IMG/VR virus record: IMGVR_UViG_3300008266_010073
Length of the DNA: 54,683 bases
From: an uncultured virus (IMG/VR IMGVR_UViG_3300008266_010073)
Taxonomy: Duplodnaviria > Heunggongvirae > Uroviricota > Caudoviricetes
Reading direction: 5' to 3' (one strand)
In this document: positions 1-8,870 of the stretch, piece after piece
How the letters are laid out: every line of letters begins with the position of its first letter
Position numbering within the stretch: position 1 is the first letter of the stretch
Program-made: the position numbers and the translations under genes
The notes under the pieces: model-generated
Database searches by the model: none
What the model was told of the DNA's origin: nothing
What the model saw: only the letters and a program-made list of their open reading frames with translations

Positions 1-267
1 AAAAAGTATTGGAAGGTTTGCAATTATCATACTAGAAAAATGCGTAAAGTGATGTTAGAAACATGGGATGGGTATGATTACATTGATGGCGAATATATAA
101 AAGATAATTTAACATTACATTTTAGTGATAAAAATTATCCTAGTTTAGATCATATCAAACCACGTAGTAAATGTTTTGAAGAAGGAATGACAGTTAGAGA
201 ATGTTGCGATCCATCAAATTTAGCTTGGACAAAACGAATAAATAATAGTAGAAAATATAATAAATAA
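1..267 (+). CDS. HNH endonuclease-like protein, 5'-partial
   Basis: Frame is open from base 1. C-terminal SLDHIKP...SNLAW...N pattern is typical of HNH domains. Confidence 0.6.
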   Translation, partial: KKYWKVCNYHTRKMRKVMLETWDGYDYIDGEYIKDNLTLHFSDKNYPSLDHIKPRSKCFEEGMTVRECCDPSNLAWTKRINNSRKYNK

Positions 268-268
268 T

Positions 269-412
269 ATGAAATCACATTCAACTTGGTTTAAAAGAAC
301 CCTTAATCCTATATTAAGAAAAATATTTAAAGTAGAAATTTGTTCTATTTCCTTTGAAGAAAAGATAATTGGTTATGGAATCAGAAAAATGCTTACTAAA
401 AGAGGTGTGTGA
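269..412 (+). CDS. small hypothetical protein (47 aa)
   Basis: ATG269 to TGA412, read by hand (MKSHSTWFKRTLNP...); fills the gap exactly between neighbours. Confidence 0.5.
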   Translation: MKSHSTWFKRTLNPILRKIFKVEICSISFEEKIIGYGIRKMLTKRGV

Positions 413-413
413 T

Positions 414-725
414 ATGGAAAACGAAACTAAAAGAGTTAAACTTGAAAGAACTGAAGGCACCCCAGTTGACTTATCTAATTGGTATGCCAATCAGAAAAAA
501 CGAGAATTAGCAGAACAGGAAAGAAAACAAAAAGAAAGAGAACAAGAAGAAGAACGAATCAGTAAGATTGAATGTCCTGTTTGTAAATCTACTGATAAGA
601 TACACCATATTAAAAGACAAAGTAATGGTATTTATGGACCTGGACATTCAAGTTGGATTACAGATAATTACTTAGTTTGTAGAAATTGTGGGATCCATTA
701 TAATGATATTAATAAATTGAAATAA
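414..725 (+). CDS. hypothetical protein, coiled coil plus Zn ribbon
   Basis: CPVC...CRNC; ATG414 preferred over the upstream TTG start. Confidence 0.65.
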   Translation: MENETKRVKLERTEGTPVDLSNWYANQKKRELAEQERKQKEREQEEERISKIECPVCKSTDKIHHIKRQSNGIYGPGHSSWITDNYLVCRNCGIHYNDINKLK

Positions 726-727
726 AT

Positions 728-910
728 ATGAGCGTTGATGATATAAAAAACCTAAGATTGGGTGAAGTAGTTAAAGTTAAAATAGATGAATCACACTCGA
801 TTAAAGGTATTGTACAAGGAATTGACTTATGGGAGAAAAGAATCAGAGTATCTAAGGATGAATATACTTGTGATTGGTTCCCTCCCAGATTAATCAGCAA
901 ATTAAAATAA
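728..910 (+). CDS. hypothetical protein
   Basis: 60-aa ORF tightly packed in the operon. Confidence 0.55.
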   Translation: MSVDDIKNLRLGEVVKVKIDESHSIKGIVQGIDLWEKRIRVSKDEYTCDWFPPRLISKLK

Positions 911-911
911 T

Positions 912-971
912 ATGTATACAGTAACAACAACATTTGGAAATTACCAAATTAATTACGTTATAACAAGATGA
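912..971 (+). CDS. possible 19-aa micropeptide
   Basis: MYTVTTTFGNYQINYVITR; its stop overlaps the thioredoxin start as ATGA. Confidence 0.3.
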   Translation: MYTVTTTFGNYQINYVITR

Positions 972-1216
972 AACAACTACTTTATTTTACTGCCGAATGG
1001 TGCGGTCCTTGCAAAATGATTAAACCTGTAATGCAATCATTACAATCTCAAATGTCAATTACATTTATTGATGCAGATTCTAGTGCAGAAACTTGCAAAA
1101 CATGGAATGTGCGTAATGTACCAACCGTATTGTTAATTAAAAATGGAATAGAAATAGGTCGATTAGTAGGATCTAATATAACGCGAGAAACAGTTATAAA
1201 TTTGTATAATAAATAA
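968..1216 (+). CDS. trxA: thioredoxin
   Basis: FTAEWCGPCK active site and VPT cis-Pro motif. Confidence 0.93.
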   Translation: MKQLLYFTAEWCGPCKMIKPVMQSLQSQMSITFIDADSSAETCKTWNVRNVPTVLLIKNGIEIGRLVGSNITRETVINLYNK

Positions 1217-1227
1217 AAGGAAAAGTT

Positions 1228-1527
1228 ATGAATTGGAAACCAATTGGAGATCAAGTACTCCTTAAAGAATTAGAAAAACAAGAAAAAACAAAGAGTGGTA
1301 TCATCATGATGGCAGGTATGGATGAATATGTTGAATGTGATGTGATGGAGGTAGGCGATGGATTGTTTACACAAACCGGTAACAAAATACCAATGACAGT
1401 AAAAGCCGGAGATCGAGTTAAAATATATTCTGGAAATTTAGGATCCCAGAAGAAAGTACAATTGGGAGATGCTGAATTTATATTGGTTCGCGAACATGAG
1501 ATTGCTATGGTAAACACAAAACCATGA
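1228..1527 (+). CDS. groES: co-chaperonin GroES (Cpn10)
   Basis: KPIGDQVLLK, KTKSGII mobile loop, VGDG, VKAGDRV, ILVREHEI. Confidence 0.9.
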   Translation: MNWKPIGDQVLLKELEKQEKTKSGIIMMAGMDEYVECDVMEVGDGLFTQTGNKIPMTVKAGDRVKIYSGNLGSQKKVQLGDAEFILVREHEIAMVNTKP

Positions 1528-1760
1528 TTGAAGCATTAGGATGGGTCTGCACGGCATTGGTATTGATTGGTTTCATTGTCAATGCCCGCGGACATTTTCT
1601 TCCTGCTTTGATTTGGTGGATAGTAGGAGATATTGGTTGGATTGTATATGATATTTACATAAATAATATTAGTCATATGGTCCTGGGATTAGTTATAATA
1701 GCAATAAACACATACGGTATCATCAGATACTATAAAAATAAAAAATGTATCAAGCAATAG
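1524..1760 (+). CDS. small 3-TM membrane protein (PnuC/PQ-loop-like)
   Basis: Three hydrophobic segments; IEALGW...WIVGDIGWIVY...NTYG. Confidence 0.5.
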   Translation: MIEALGWVCTALVLIGFIVNARGHFLPALIWWIVGDIGWIVYDIYINNISHMVLGLVIIAINTYGIIRYYKNKKCIKQ

Positions 1761-4252
1761 GTTACGACAAGAAAAACGGCATTATGCACGTTTGGGATGA
1801 TGAATTAGGACATCAAAAGTTTCCATTTCAACCATATGGATATTTACCAAATACACAAGGACAATATCAATCATTAGACGGCACTAGATTAGATCGTGTT
1901 GCTGGTAATCACAGAGATAATCCTAAATCATATGAATCTGATTTAAATGAAGAAGTTAGAACTCTAATTGATTTGTATTATGAATCAGATGAGCCTTCAA
2001 AAGGACATAGAGATTTCTTTTTTGACATTGAAACAGCAAAAGATGAAAATGGTTATAGTACAATTGATGATGTACGTACATCAATTACTTCAATTGCATA
2101 CTATGATAAAGTCGGCAAAGATCGTCGAGTATTAATTTTAGATGAATTAGGCCGCATAAAAGACCGTGAAATACAAGGTGACGGCTATACTTTAGAGATA
2201 TTTCGAGATGAAAGAGACTTATTAACTAGATTTATTAATATATTCGCAGAAATACAACCTACAGTAATTACAGGCTGGAATACTGATGGATATGATATTC
2301 CGTATTTGATAGGTCGTTGCAAAAAAGTATTAGGTGCACAATCCATTAAAAAATTATCTCCCGCAGGAGTAGTTGAACAAAGCAAATCCGGTAAGTGGAA
2401 AATTTTAGGTGTATCTAGTTTAGATTATTTAAAATTATATAAAAACTTTACATATACAGAACTTCCTAATTATCGATTAGATACAGTAGCACAATTTGAA
2501 TTAGGTCGAGGCAAAGTTGAATACGAAGGTGATTTAGATACACTATTTACACAAGATATTCACAAGTTTGCTTATTACAATATGACTGACGTTGATCTGG
2601 TTTATGAATTAGACGACAAGTTGCAAATGTTGAATTTAGCACGTTCAATTTGTCACAAAGGTCACGTTCCATATGAAGATGTATATTATGCATCTAAATA
2701 TCTAGATGGTGCTGCAATTGTAGATTTAAAGCGAAACGGATTAGTTGCGCCTAACAAACAGTTCCGATTCATTGAAGAAGAAACAATAGCTGATGCATTA
2801 GCAGGAGCATATGTAAAAGCACCGGTACCTGGATTATATAAATGGATCTATGACTTGGACTTAACATCATTGTATCCTAGTATCATCATGACATTGAATA
2901 TATCTCCAGAAACAAAAATTGGAGTTGTATCAAATTGGAATCAGGAATGTATGATGCGAGACGAAGCAACTCAGGTCACGATGAATGGAAAAACAATTCC
3001 AGATATTAGATCTTGGTTAGTTGAAAATAATTACAGTATTGCAAGTAACGGTACAGTCTATAGAAATGATCAACGCGGATTTCTTCCAACGATTCTTGAA
3101 AAATGGTTTGATGAACGTGTAATATTCAAAGACAAACGAGATACATTTGCAGTAGGTACTGAGGAGTATAAATTCTATGATGCATTGCAGTTAACGCAAA
3201 AAGTATTGCTCAATTCATTTTATGGAGTATTAGGATTAAAAACATTTCGTTTTCATGATCTAGATAATGCAGGTGCTATTACAGCAGTAGGGCAAAGCAT
3301 AATTAAATTTTCTGGTCGTGTTATTAATAATCAATATCAACGAGAATTAGGCACGGATCATTTTGTTAATGCATCTGGAGATAAAGCAGAGTTTGCATTT
3401 TACACGGATACAGATTCAACCTTTTGTAGCAGCGAACCTTTAATCAAACATAGATTTCCAGGATGCGATGTTGAAGATGAACAATTCATGATTGAACAAA
3501 CAAATGCAATTGCATCTGAGATTCAAGGCACTGTTAATACAATGTATAATCAATATGCAAAAGTATTTCATAATACCGAAAAACATAGATTCCAAATTAA
3601 GCAGGAATACATTGCAAAATCTGGTTTATGGATTGCAAAGAAACGATATGCACAATGGGTTATTTTCAAAGAAGGAAAACCTACAGATAAATTGGATATA
3701 AAAGGATTAGATGTTGTAAGATCAAGTTTTCCGGCTGACTTTAAAAAGATCATGAAAGAAACATTGTGGTTTATTCTTAAAGGCAAAGACAAGCAAACAA
3801 CTTCTACATTGATACATGATTTCAAAAGTAATATTAAAAAATCAGAAGTATTGAATATTATGAAGAATTCAAGTGTTAAAGAATTGTCAAAATATATCAA
3901 AGGCCGAAAACCATTTTCTGGATATATCAAAGGATCCACTGCACACGTTAAAGCTGCAATCAATTTCAATGATATGTTAACACAATTAAATACAGATGTG
4001 TTACCTATATCAGATGGAGAAAAAATTAAATGGGGTTACTTGCTTAACAATCCATATGGCTTTGAAACTATAGCATTACGAGGTTATCAAGACCCACCAG
4101 AGATTGTAGCCTTTGCAGAACAGTATATTGATCATAACAAAATGTTTTCAAGTGAGTTAAGCAATAAGTTTGATGATTTTTATTCTGCAATGGGATGGGG
4201 CGCATTACCGGAGAATAATAATGCAAATCGATTCTTTTCATTTGGAAAATAG
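1745..4252 (+). CDS. family B DNA polymerase (T4 gp43-like)
   Basis: Exo I DIET, Exo II GWNTDGYDIPY, motif A DLTSLYPS, motif B KVLLNSFYG, motif C YTDTDS, KKRY. Confidence 0.97.
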   Translation: MYQAIGYDKKNGIMHVWDDELGHQKFPFQPYGYLPNTQGQYQSLDGTRLDRVAGNHRDNPKSYESDLNEEVRTLIDLYYESDEPSKGHRDFFFDIETAKDENGYSTIDDVRTSITSIAYYDKVGKDRRVLILDELGRIKDREIQGDGYTLEIFRDERDLLTRFINIFAEIQPTVITGWNTDGYDIPYLIGRCKKVLGAQSIKKLSPAGVVEQSKSGKWKILGVSSLDYLKLYKNFTYTELPNYRLDTVAQFELGRGKVEYEGDLDTLFTQDIHKFAYYNMTDVDLVYELDDKLQMLNLARSICHKGHVPYEDVYYASKYLDGAAIVDLKRNGLVAPNKQFRFIEEETIADALAGAYVKAPVPGLYKWIYDLDLTSLYPSIIMTLNISPETKIGVVSNWNQECMMRDEATQVTMNGKTIPDIRSWLVENNYSIASNGTVYRNDQRGFLPTILEKWFDERVIFKDKRDTFAVGTEEYKFYDALQLTQKVLLNSFYGVLGLKTFRFHDLDNAGAITAVGQSIIKFSGRVINNQYQRELGTDHFVNASGDKAEFAFYTDTDSTFCSSEPLIKHRFPGCDVEDEQFMIEQTNAIASEIQGTVNTMYNQYAKVFHNTEKHRFQIKQEYIAKSGLWIAKKRYAQWVIFKEGKPTDKLDIKGLDVVRSSFPADFKKIMKETLWFILKGKDKQTTSTLIHDFKSNIKKSEVLNIMKNSSVKELSKYIKGRKPFSGYIKGSTAHVKAAINFNDMLTQLNTDVLPISDGEKIKWGYLLNNPYGFETIALRGYQDPPEIVAFAEQYIDHNKMFSSELSNKFDDFYSAMGWGALPENNNANRFFSFGK

Positions 4253-4270
4253 CAATTATTTTATTATAAT
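4242..4270 (+). promoter_or_regulatory. putative promoter TTGG-N19-TATAAT upstream of the modification/clamp genes
   Basis: One of 9 copies with identical spacing; overlaps the end of the polymerase gene. Confidence 0.65.
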
Positions 4271-4275
4271 ATGGT

Positions 4276-4701
4276 ATGATTGGTTATAGAACTCATTGGT
4301 ATGGTAAAGAAGTAGAAGGTCGCTTTACCGATATTGAAACTTTATTTATTGCTGATGTAAAGGCATTAGATAAAATTGTAGCAAATAAAATAGCACATGT
4401 TTATTTTTGTTCCGGAGCTACACAGCAGTTAATTGAACAAGAGCGATGGGATATGGTATTCAGAATGATTTCTGATACTAGTTTTGTAACATTAGAAGTT
4501 ACTCCTGGTATGTTAGAAAAGATACCACCAATGATTAGAATTCGAGCTCACATCTTATTAATGTTGGATTGTAAAGATGCTGGATTGCTAAAGAAAACAG
4601 ATAGTATTAAAGTTGTGTATGCAGATTATTCATTGTATTGTACCACAGTGCATAATATGCAACAAGTAACTCCAGATGATTATAAATTCGATAGACAATG
4701 A
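4276..4701 (+). CDS. hypothetical protein (first gene of the modification cassette)
   Basis: 141-aa ORF with an ATGA overlap to the next gene. Confidence 0.7.
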   Translation: MIGYRTHWYGKEVEGRFTDIETLFIADVKALDKIVANKIAHVYFCSGATQQLIEQERWDMVFRMISDTSFVTLEVTPGMLEKIPPMIRIRAHILLMLDCKDAGLLKKTDSIKVVYADYSLYCTTVHNMQQVTPDDYKFDRQ

Positions 4702-5114
4702 AAATAGGAGTAATTGCTGGTAACTTTGATGTAATACATCCAGGTTATATTAAGATGTTTAATGAATGTAAAAAACATTGTACTAGGTTGATTGTATTGT
4801 TACATGAAGATCCTAGTATCGAACGTCCAGAAAAAATGAAACCTATCTTATCAGTAGCCGAACGTAAAGAAATGTTGCTTTCATTAGAAATGATTGATGA
4901 AGTTATAACGTATTCTACGGAAAAAATACTTTATGAATTTATTAAAGGTATTGATCCGGATATTCGTTTCCTAGGAGATGATTACATTGGAAAAGATTTT
5001 ACCGGTAAAGATTTAGGTACTCTTATTCATTACATTGATAGATCACATGGTTGGTCTACAACTAAATATAAACAATTAATTGCAGATGAAGTACAGCGTA
5101 GTAGTAACATTTAG
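4698..5114 (+). CDS. cytidylyltransferase (TagD/RfaE-II-like HxGH family)
   Basis: AGNFDVIHPGY, ERKEML, GDDY, WSTTK; the second His of HxGH is Tyr here. Confidence 0.88.
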   Translation: MKIGVIAGNFDVIHPGYIKMFNECKKHCTRLIVLLHEDPSIERPEKMKPILSVAERKEMLLSLEMIDEVITYSTEKILYEFIKGIDPDIRFLGDDYIGKDFTGKDLGTLIHYIDRSHGWSTTKYKQLIADEVQRSSNI

Positions 5115-5436
5115 TATTGAAGGGTTTCATTGTTGGCCCGCTGCTAAAGATGTGTTCCCGGAAGTAGCATTCTTATCGGATAGACATCGACACATGTTTG
5201 GATTTCGATGTTATGCACATGTAACGCATACGGATCGAGACAAAGAATTTATTTTATTAAATCGAGAGATAAAACGAAATCTTCATATGTATTTCGAAAA
5301 AGATGCATATAATGTACTAGAATTTGGTGCAATGTCATGCGAAGCTATTGGAGAATTTTTATTAGATCAATTTCCAGAATTATACAAAGTAGAAGTTTGG
5401 GAAGATTGGGAAAATGGAGCGATAATTGAAAGATAA
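5086..5436 (+). CDS. divergent QueD/PTPS-like T-fold protein
   Basis: FHCW...HRHMF metal-binding His cluster, SCEAI, KVEVWED.ENGA; T-fold length. Confidence 0.7.
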   Translation: MKYSVVVTFSIEGFHCWPAAKDVFPEVAFLSDRHRHMFGFRCYAHVTHTDRDKEFILLNREIKRNLHMYFEKDAYNVLEFGAMSCEAIGEFLLDQFPELYKVEVWEDWENGAIIER

Positions 5437-5437
5437 G

Positions 5438-6466
5438 ATGAGAATATTTTTAGTTGACATAGAATCAGTACCAACTCGTTATACCTGCGAATGGAAGACT
5501 CATGTACCAAAATTATTAGAAGAAGCTGGATTTGAAGTAATTGTTGTAGAGGGAGATTTGAATATTCCAGAAGCAACCACTCCAGGTGCATTCTTAAATT
5601 TTGGTGGTACTAACATGTATAAAGCAAAGCAAGTTCATTCTTTAAGTTACATGTTTACCCGAGGACATATTCAGCCAGGAGATCATATTATTTTTACAGA
5701 TGCATGGCATCCGGGTATTATCAATGTAAAATACATGAGCGAACTCCTAAATATTCCCGTTGTAACGCACGGACTATGGCACGCGGGGTCATATGATCCA
5801 AATGATTTTTTAGGTCGTCTCGTAGGAGGAAAATCGTGGATACGACACGCAGAACAATCATTTATATCTGCATTTGATTTCAATTGGTTAGCAACACAAG
5901 CTCACTTTGATTTAATGAGTAAAACATATGATATATCATTCAATTTAACATTTCATCGTACGGGCTGGCCAATGGAATATACCAAAAATATAATTCAACC
6001 AAAAGCTTGGGCAGAAAAAGAAAACATCATAGTGTTTCCGCACCGTATAGCTCCTGAGAAACGATTAGACTTATTTCAAGAATTAGCAGCTCGTCCAGAA
6101 TTAGCACATTATCAATTCTGTGTAGCAATGGAAATGAATTTAACTAAACCAGAATATCATGAATTGCTTCGACGAGCTAAGTTTGCAGTATCATTTGCAG
6201 ATCAAGAAACATTAGGTATATCAATGTATGAATCAGCTTGTGCAGGAGCATGTCCGATTGTGCCAGATAGATTATCATACACTGAAATGTATTCGCCGAT
6301 GTTTAAACGTGCGAATAGTATAGATGATGTGGTTCAAGCAATATTAGAATATGAAAATGCTGATATAACAACTAATATTAATCAACTGGTTACAGCATTA
6401 CATAAAAACTTTTTTTCAGCAACAAAATTAATTAATAAACTAAAGGAATACAATGAGCGAAGCTAA
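5438..6466 (+). CDS. GT-B fold glycosyltransferase (GT4-like), candidate DNA-base glycosyltransferase
   Basis: VFPHRIAPEKRLDLF and ETLGISMYE (Ex7E) motif. Confidence 0.8.
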   Translation: MRIFLVDIESVPTRYTCEWKTHVPKLLEEAGFEVIVVEGDLNIPEATTPGAFLNFGGTNMYKAKQVHSLSYMFTRGHIQPGDHIIFTDAWHPGIINVKYMSELLNIPVVTHGLWHAGSYDPNDFLGRLVGGKSWIRHAEQSFISAFDFNWLATQAHFDLMSKTYDISFNLTFHRTGWPMEYTKNIIQPKAWAEKENIIVFPHRIAPEKRLDLFQELAARPELAHYQFCVAMEMNLTKPEYHELLRRAKFAVSFADQETLGISMYESACAGACPIVPDRLSYTEMYSPMFKRANSIDDVVQAILEYENADITTNINQLVTALHKNFFSATKLINKLKEYNERS

Positions 6467-7715
6467 AAGATTCATATACTTTCCATCATTATCTGCAGGA
6501 TCTATGGTTTCTGCATTTAAGAAAGATATGAAATTTTCAAATGGTGACCCTGTAAAGTTTTTTGACTCTCGTTATCCAGAAGATTGGAGACATCCATACT
6601 TTTTGATTACGGCAGGACATCATTACAAAAAAATGGATTTTCGAGATCAACTAGGATTAGAAAAAGATGTATTAGTATTTGGAGATTCTGGAGGATATCA
6701 GATTGCAACTGGTGCTTTGCCGTATAGTAATGAACTTCGTGAAAAGATTTTTCATTGGTTAGAAGCAAACAGCGATGTTGCAGCAAATTTAGATATACCA
6801 CCTAAAACTAAATATAGAAATCAATTTGCAACATGTGCAGATATTAGTTATGATAACTTTGCTTGGTTTGAAAAACATCAAAGCGGTAAGACTAAGTTTT
6901 TGAATATGTTGCAAGGATCGAATGCTGAGGAATATACATGGTGGTATCATAAATTCAAGCATTTTGATTTTCAAGGATGGGCGATTGGTGGTCCACAAAA
7001 ATTAGTTGATTTCATGTTTGCATTATCATTAATGCTTAAAGAAGGAGAATTTGAAAAAACTCGTAATGAATATCTTCACTTGTTAGGAATTAGTAAAATT
7101 TCCGATTTCTTTATTTTAGCAACAATGCAAAAATTAATGAATAAACATTACGGAGGAAGAATTACAGTAACAACGGATTCATCATCACCAGGACAATATC
7201 CAGTATTTGGAACGTATCTTCATTCAACAAATTTCAAGACACAAACATTCTCTGAATTGTATTTTCCAAAGAATGCTGAGTATCGACGTAAGTCACATAT
7301 CAAACAAGGCAAAACGGGTGATGTAACTGGAATTGATTTGACACAACATGTACCTTGTCAATTAGGATGTCCAGCTTGTGCTGATTTTACATATGAATAT
7401 CTCGGCGGTAAGACGGATGCTGGATTAGATAGATATTCACAAGAAGCTATGCCTAGAATGGTTGTTCATAATACCCATTTGTATGTGAATGCTGCAAAAG
7501 AAATAAATCAATTAGTTGATAGTCACGTTGAATTGTTAGAAACAGTAGTTCCTAAAGATTTATATGATGTGATTTTATCATTGCATGAAATGTTTGCAGA
7601 TCCAGATGCAGCACCACAAGTATACGAAAAGTATATTAAAACATATAAAAAATTCGGAGGTGATTCAATTTCAACTACCGATGCAGAAAACTTTAATAAA
7701 TTCTTTAAATTTTAA
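6453..7715 (+). CDS. TGT/DpdA-like guanine transglycosylase (TIM barrel)
   Basis: DSGGYQ, LDIPP, LQG, GWAIGG, HLLG, DSSS nucleophile region, CQLGCPAC...HN Zn site. Confidence 0.85.
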   Translation: MSEAKRFIYFPSLSAGSMVSAFKKDMKFSNGDPVKFFDSRYPEDWRHPYFLITAGHHYKKMDFRDQLGLEKDVLVFGDSGGYQIATGALPYSNELREKIFHWLEANSDVAANLDIPPKTKYRNQFATCADISYDNFAWFEKHQSGKTKFLNMLQGSNAEEYTWWYHKFKHFDFQGWAIGGPQKLVDFMFALSLMLKEGEFEKTRNEYLHLLGISKISDFFILATMQKLMNKHYGGRITVTTDSSSPGQYPVFGTYLHSTNFKTQTFSELYFPKNAEYRRKSHIKQGKTGDVTGIDLTQHVPCQLGCPACADFTYEYLGGKTDAGLDRYSQEAMPRMVVHNTHLYVNAAKEINQLVDSHVELLETVVPKDLYDVILSLHEMFADPDAAPQVYEKYIKTYKKFGGDSISTTDAENFNKFFKF

Positions 7716-7726
7716 TCAGGATAAAA

Positions 7727-8437
7727 ATGGAAAAAAGCAAATTACAATCATTAATTAATCGTTATTATCTTGCTGGTAATTGCGAGGCAGTTAAACTAAA
7801 AGAAAATGCCGAAGGAATCGGATGTGAATTAATTGATATTGATCAAACCGTTGTAGGTAAAATTCAATGGAAAACGACTCCTTTCATGAAAGGCGAATTA
7901 GGAATCAATCATACAGGCGCCTTAATTAAAATGTTATCAGCACTAGGTGAAAATATTGAAATTGATGTTAAAGATTCTGCAGGTAAAAACTATGCAATGA
8001 AAATCAGCGAAGGAAAAACTGAAGCAACCTTTATGTTAGCTGATACCACTGTCATTCCAGCAGTACCTGCAATCAATGCAGAGCCTGATTATCAAATTCA
8101 AATTCCAGTTAATGATGAGTTTATTACTAAATTTATCAAAGCAAAAAATGCTTTGCCTGATGCTAAAAACTTTGCAGTTCAAGTTAAAGGTGGTGTAATT
8201 CGTTTTATTATTAATTATAGTACCGTAAATGCAGACAACATCACATTTGAAGTAGGCAATACTCCAGGTGCAGATATGGATCCAGTTTGTTTCTCTGCAG
8301 ATAAATTGAAAGAAGTACTTGTAGCAAATCGAGGAGATGCTGGTCAGTTGCATGTATCACCAGATGGATTAGCTCGTATAGATTTTGTTGGAAATGATTT
8401 TGATTCAACATATTGGTTAGTAATGTTACAGAATTAA
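7727..8437 (+). CDS. sliding clamp (gp45/PCNA-like)
   Basis: 236 aa, two-domain alpha/beta pattern, GLARIDF...STYWL C-terminus, next to the clamp loader. Confidence 0.75.
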   Translation: MEKSKLQSLINRYYLAGNCEAVKLKENAEGIGCELIDIDQTVVGKIQWKTTPFMKGELGINHTGALIKMLSALGENIEIDVKDSAGKNYAMKISEGKTEATFMLADTTVIPAVPAINAEPDYQIQIPVNDEFITKFIKAKNALPDAKNFAVQVKGGVIRFIINYSTVNADNITFEVGNTPGADMDPVCFSADKLKEVLVANRGDAGQLHVSPDGLARIDFVGNDFDSTYWLVMLQN

Positions 8438-8442
8438 TTGTT

Positions 8443-8868
8443 ATGATAGTACCAGTAAAAAACACATCCAATAATCCGATCCCGCAGTATAAGACTCCGG
8501 GATCCGCAGGTTTAGATATTTGTTGCAACGAGGACATATTTTTGGATTCGGGTACTAGAATTCTAGTTAACACCGGATTATATGTAGAAATTCCGCAAGG
8601 ATATGAAATACAAATTAGACCAAGAAGCGGATTGGCATTGAAACATGGAATCACTGTATTGAATTCTCCAGGCACTATTGATTGTGATTATAGAGGAGAA
8701 ATAGGAGTTATTTTAATTAATCATGGTCCTAGAGCTGTTGAATTTGAAAAAGGAGATCGAATAGCTCAAATGGTTCTTTGCAAAGTAGAACATATAGAAT
8801 GGTTGCCTACCGGAGCATTATCCGGAACTAAACGAGGTGACAAAGGATTTGGATCAACAGGTATTTAA
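8443..8868 (+). CDS. dut: trimeric dUTPase
   Basis: SAGLD, RPRSG, GTIDCDYRGE, RIAQ, RGDKGFGSTG. Confidence 0.96.
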   Translation: MIVPVKNTSNNPIPQYKTPGSAGLDICCNEDIFLDSGTRILVNTGLYVEIPQGYEIQIRPRSGLALKHGITVLNSPGTIDCDYRGEIGVILINHGPRAVEFEKGDRIAQMVLCKVEHIEWLPTGALSGTKRGDKGFGSTGI

Positions 8869-8870
8869 GT

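Noticed and set aside
934..964. TTGG...TATAAC upstream of thioredoxin as a tenth promoter copy
   Set aside because: The spacing is 21 rather than 19, the downstream box deviates, and the site lies within a possible micropeptide ORF.
1745..4252. Intron or intein in the DNA polymerase (also considered for thyA)
   Set aside because: Both ORFs are continuous and of normal length with no intein or LAGLIDADG motifs; the ThyA insertions are short loops.
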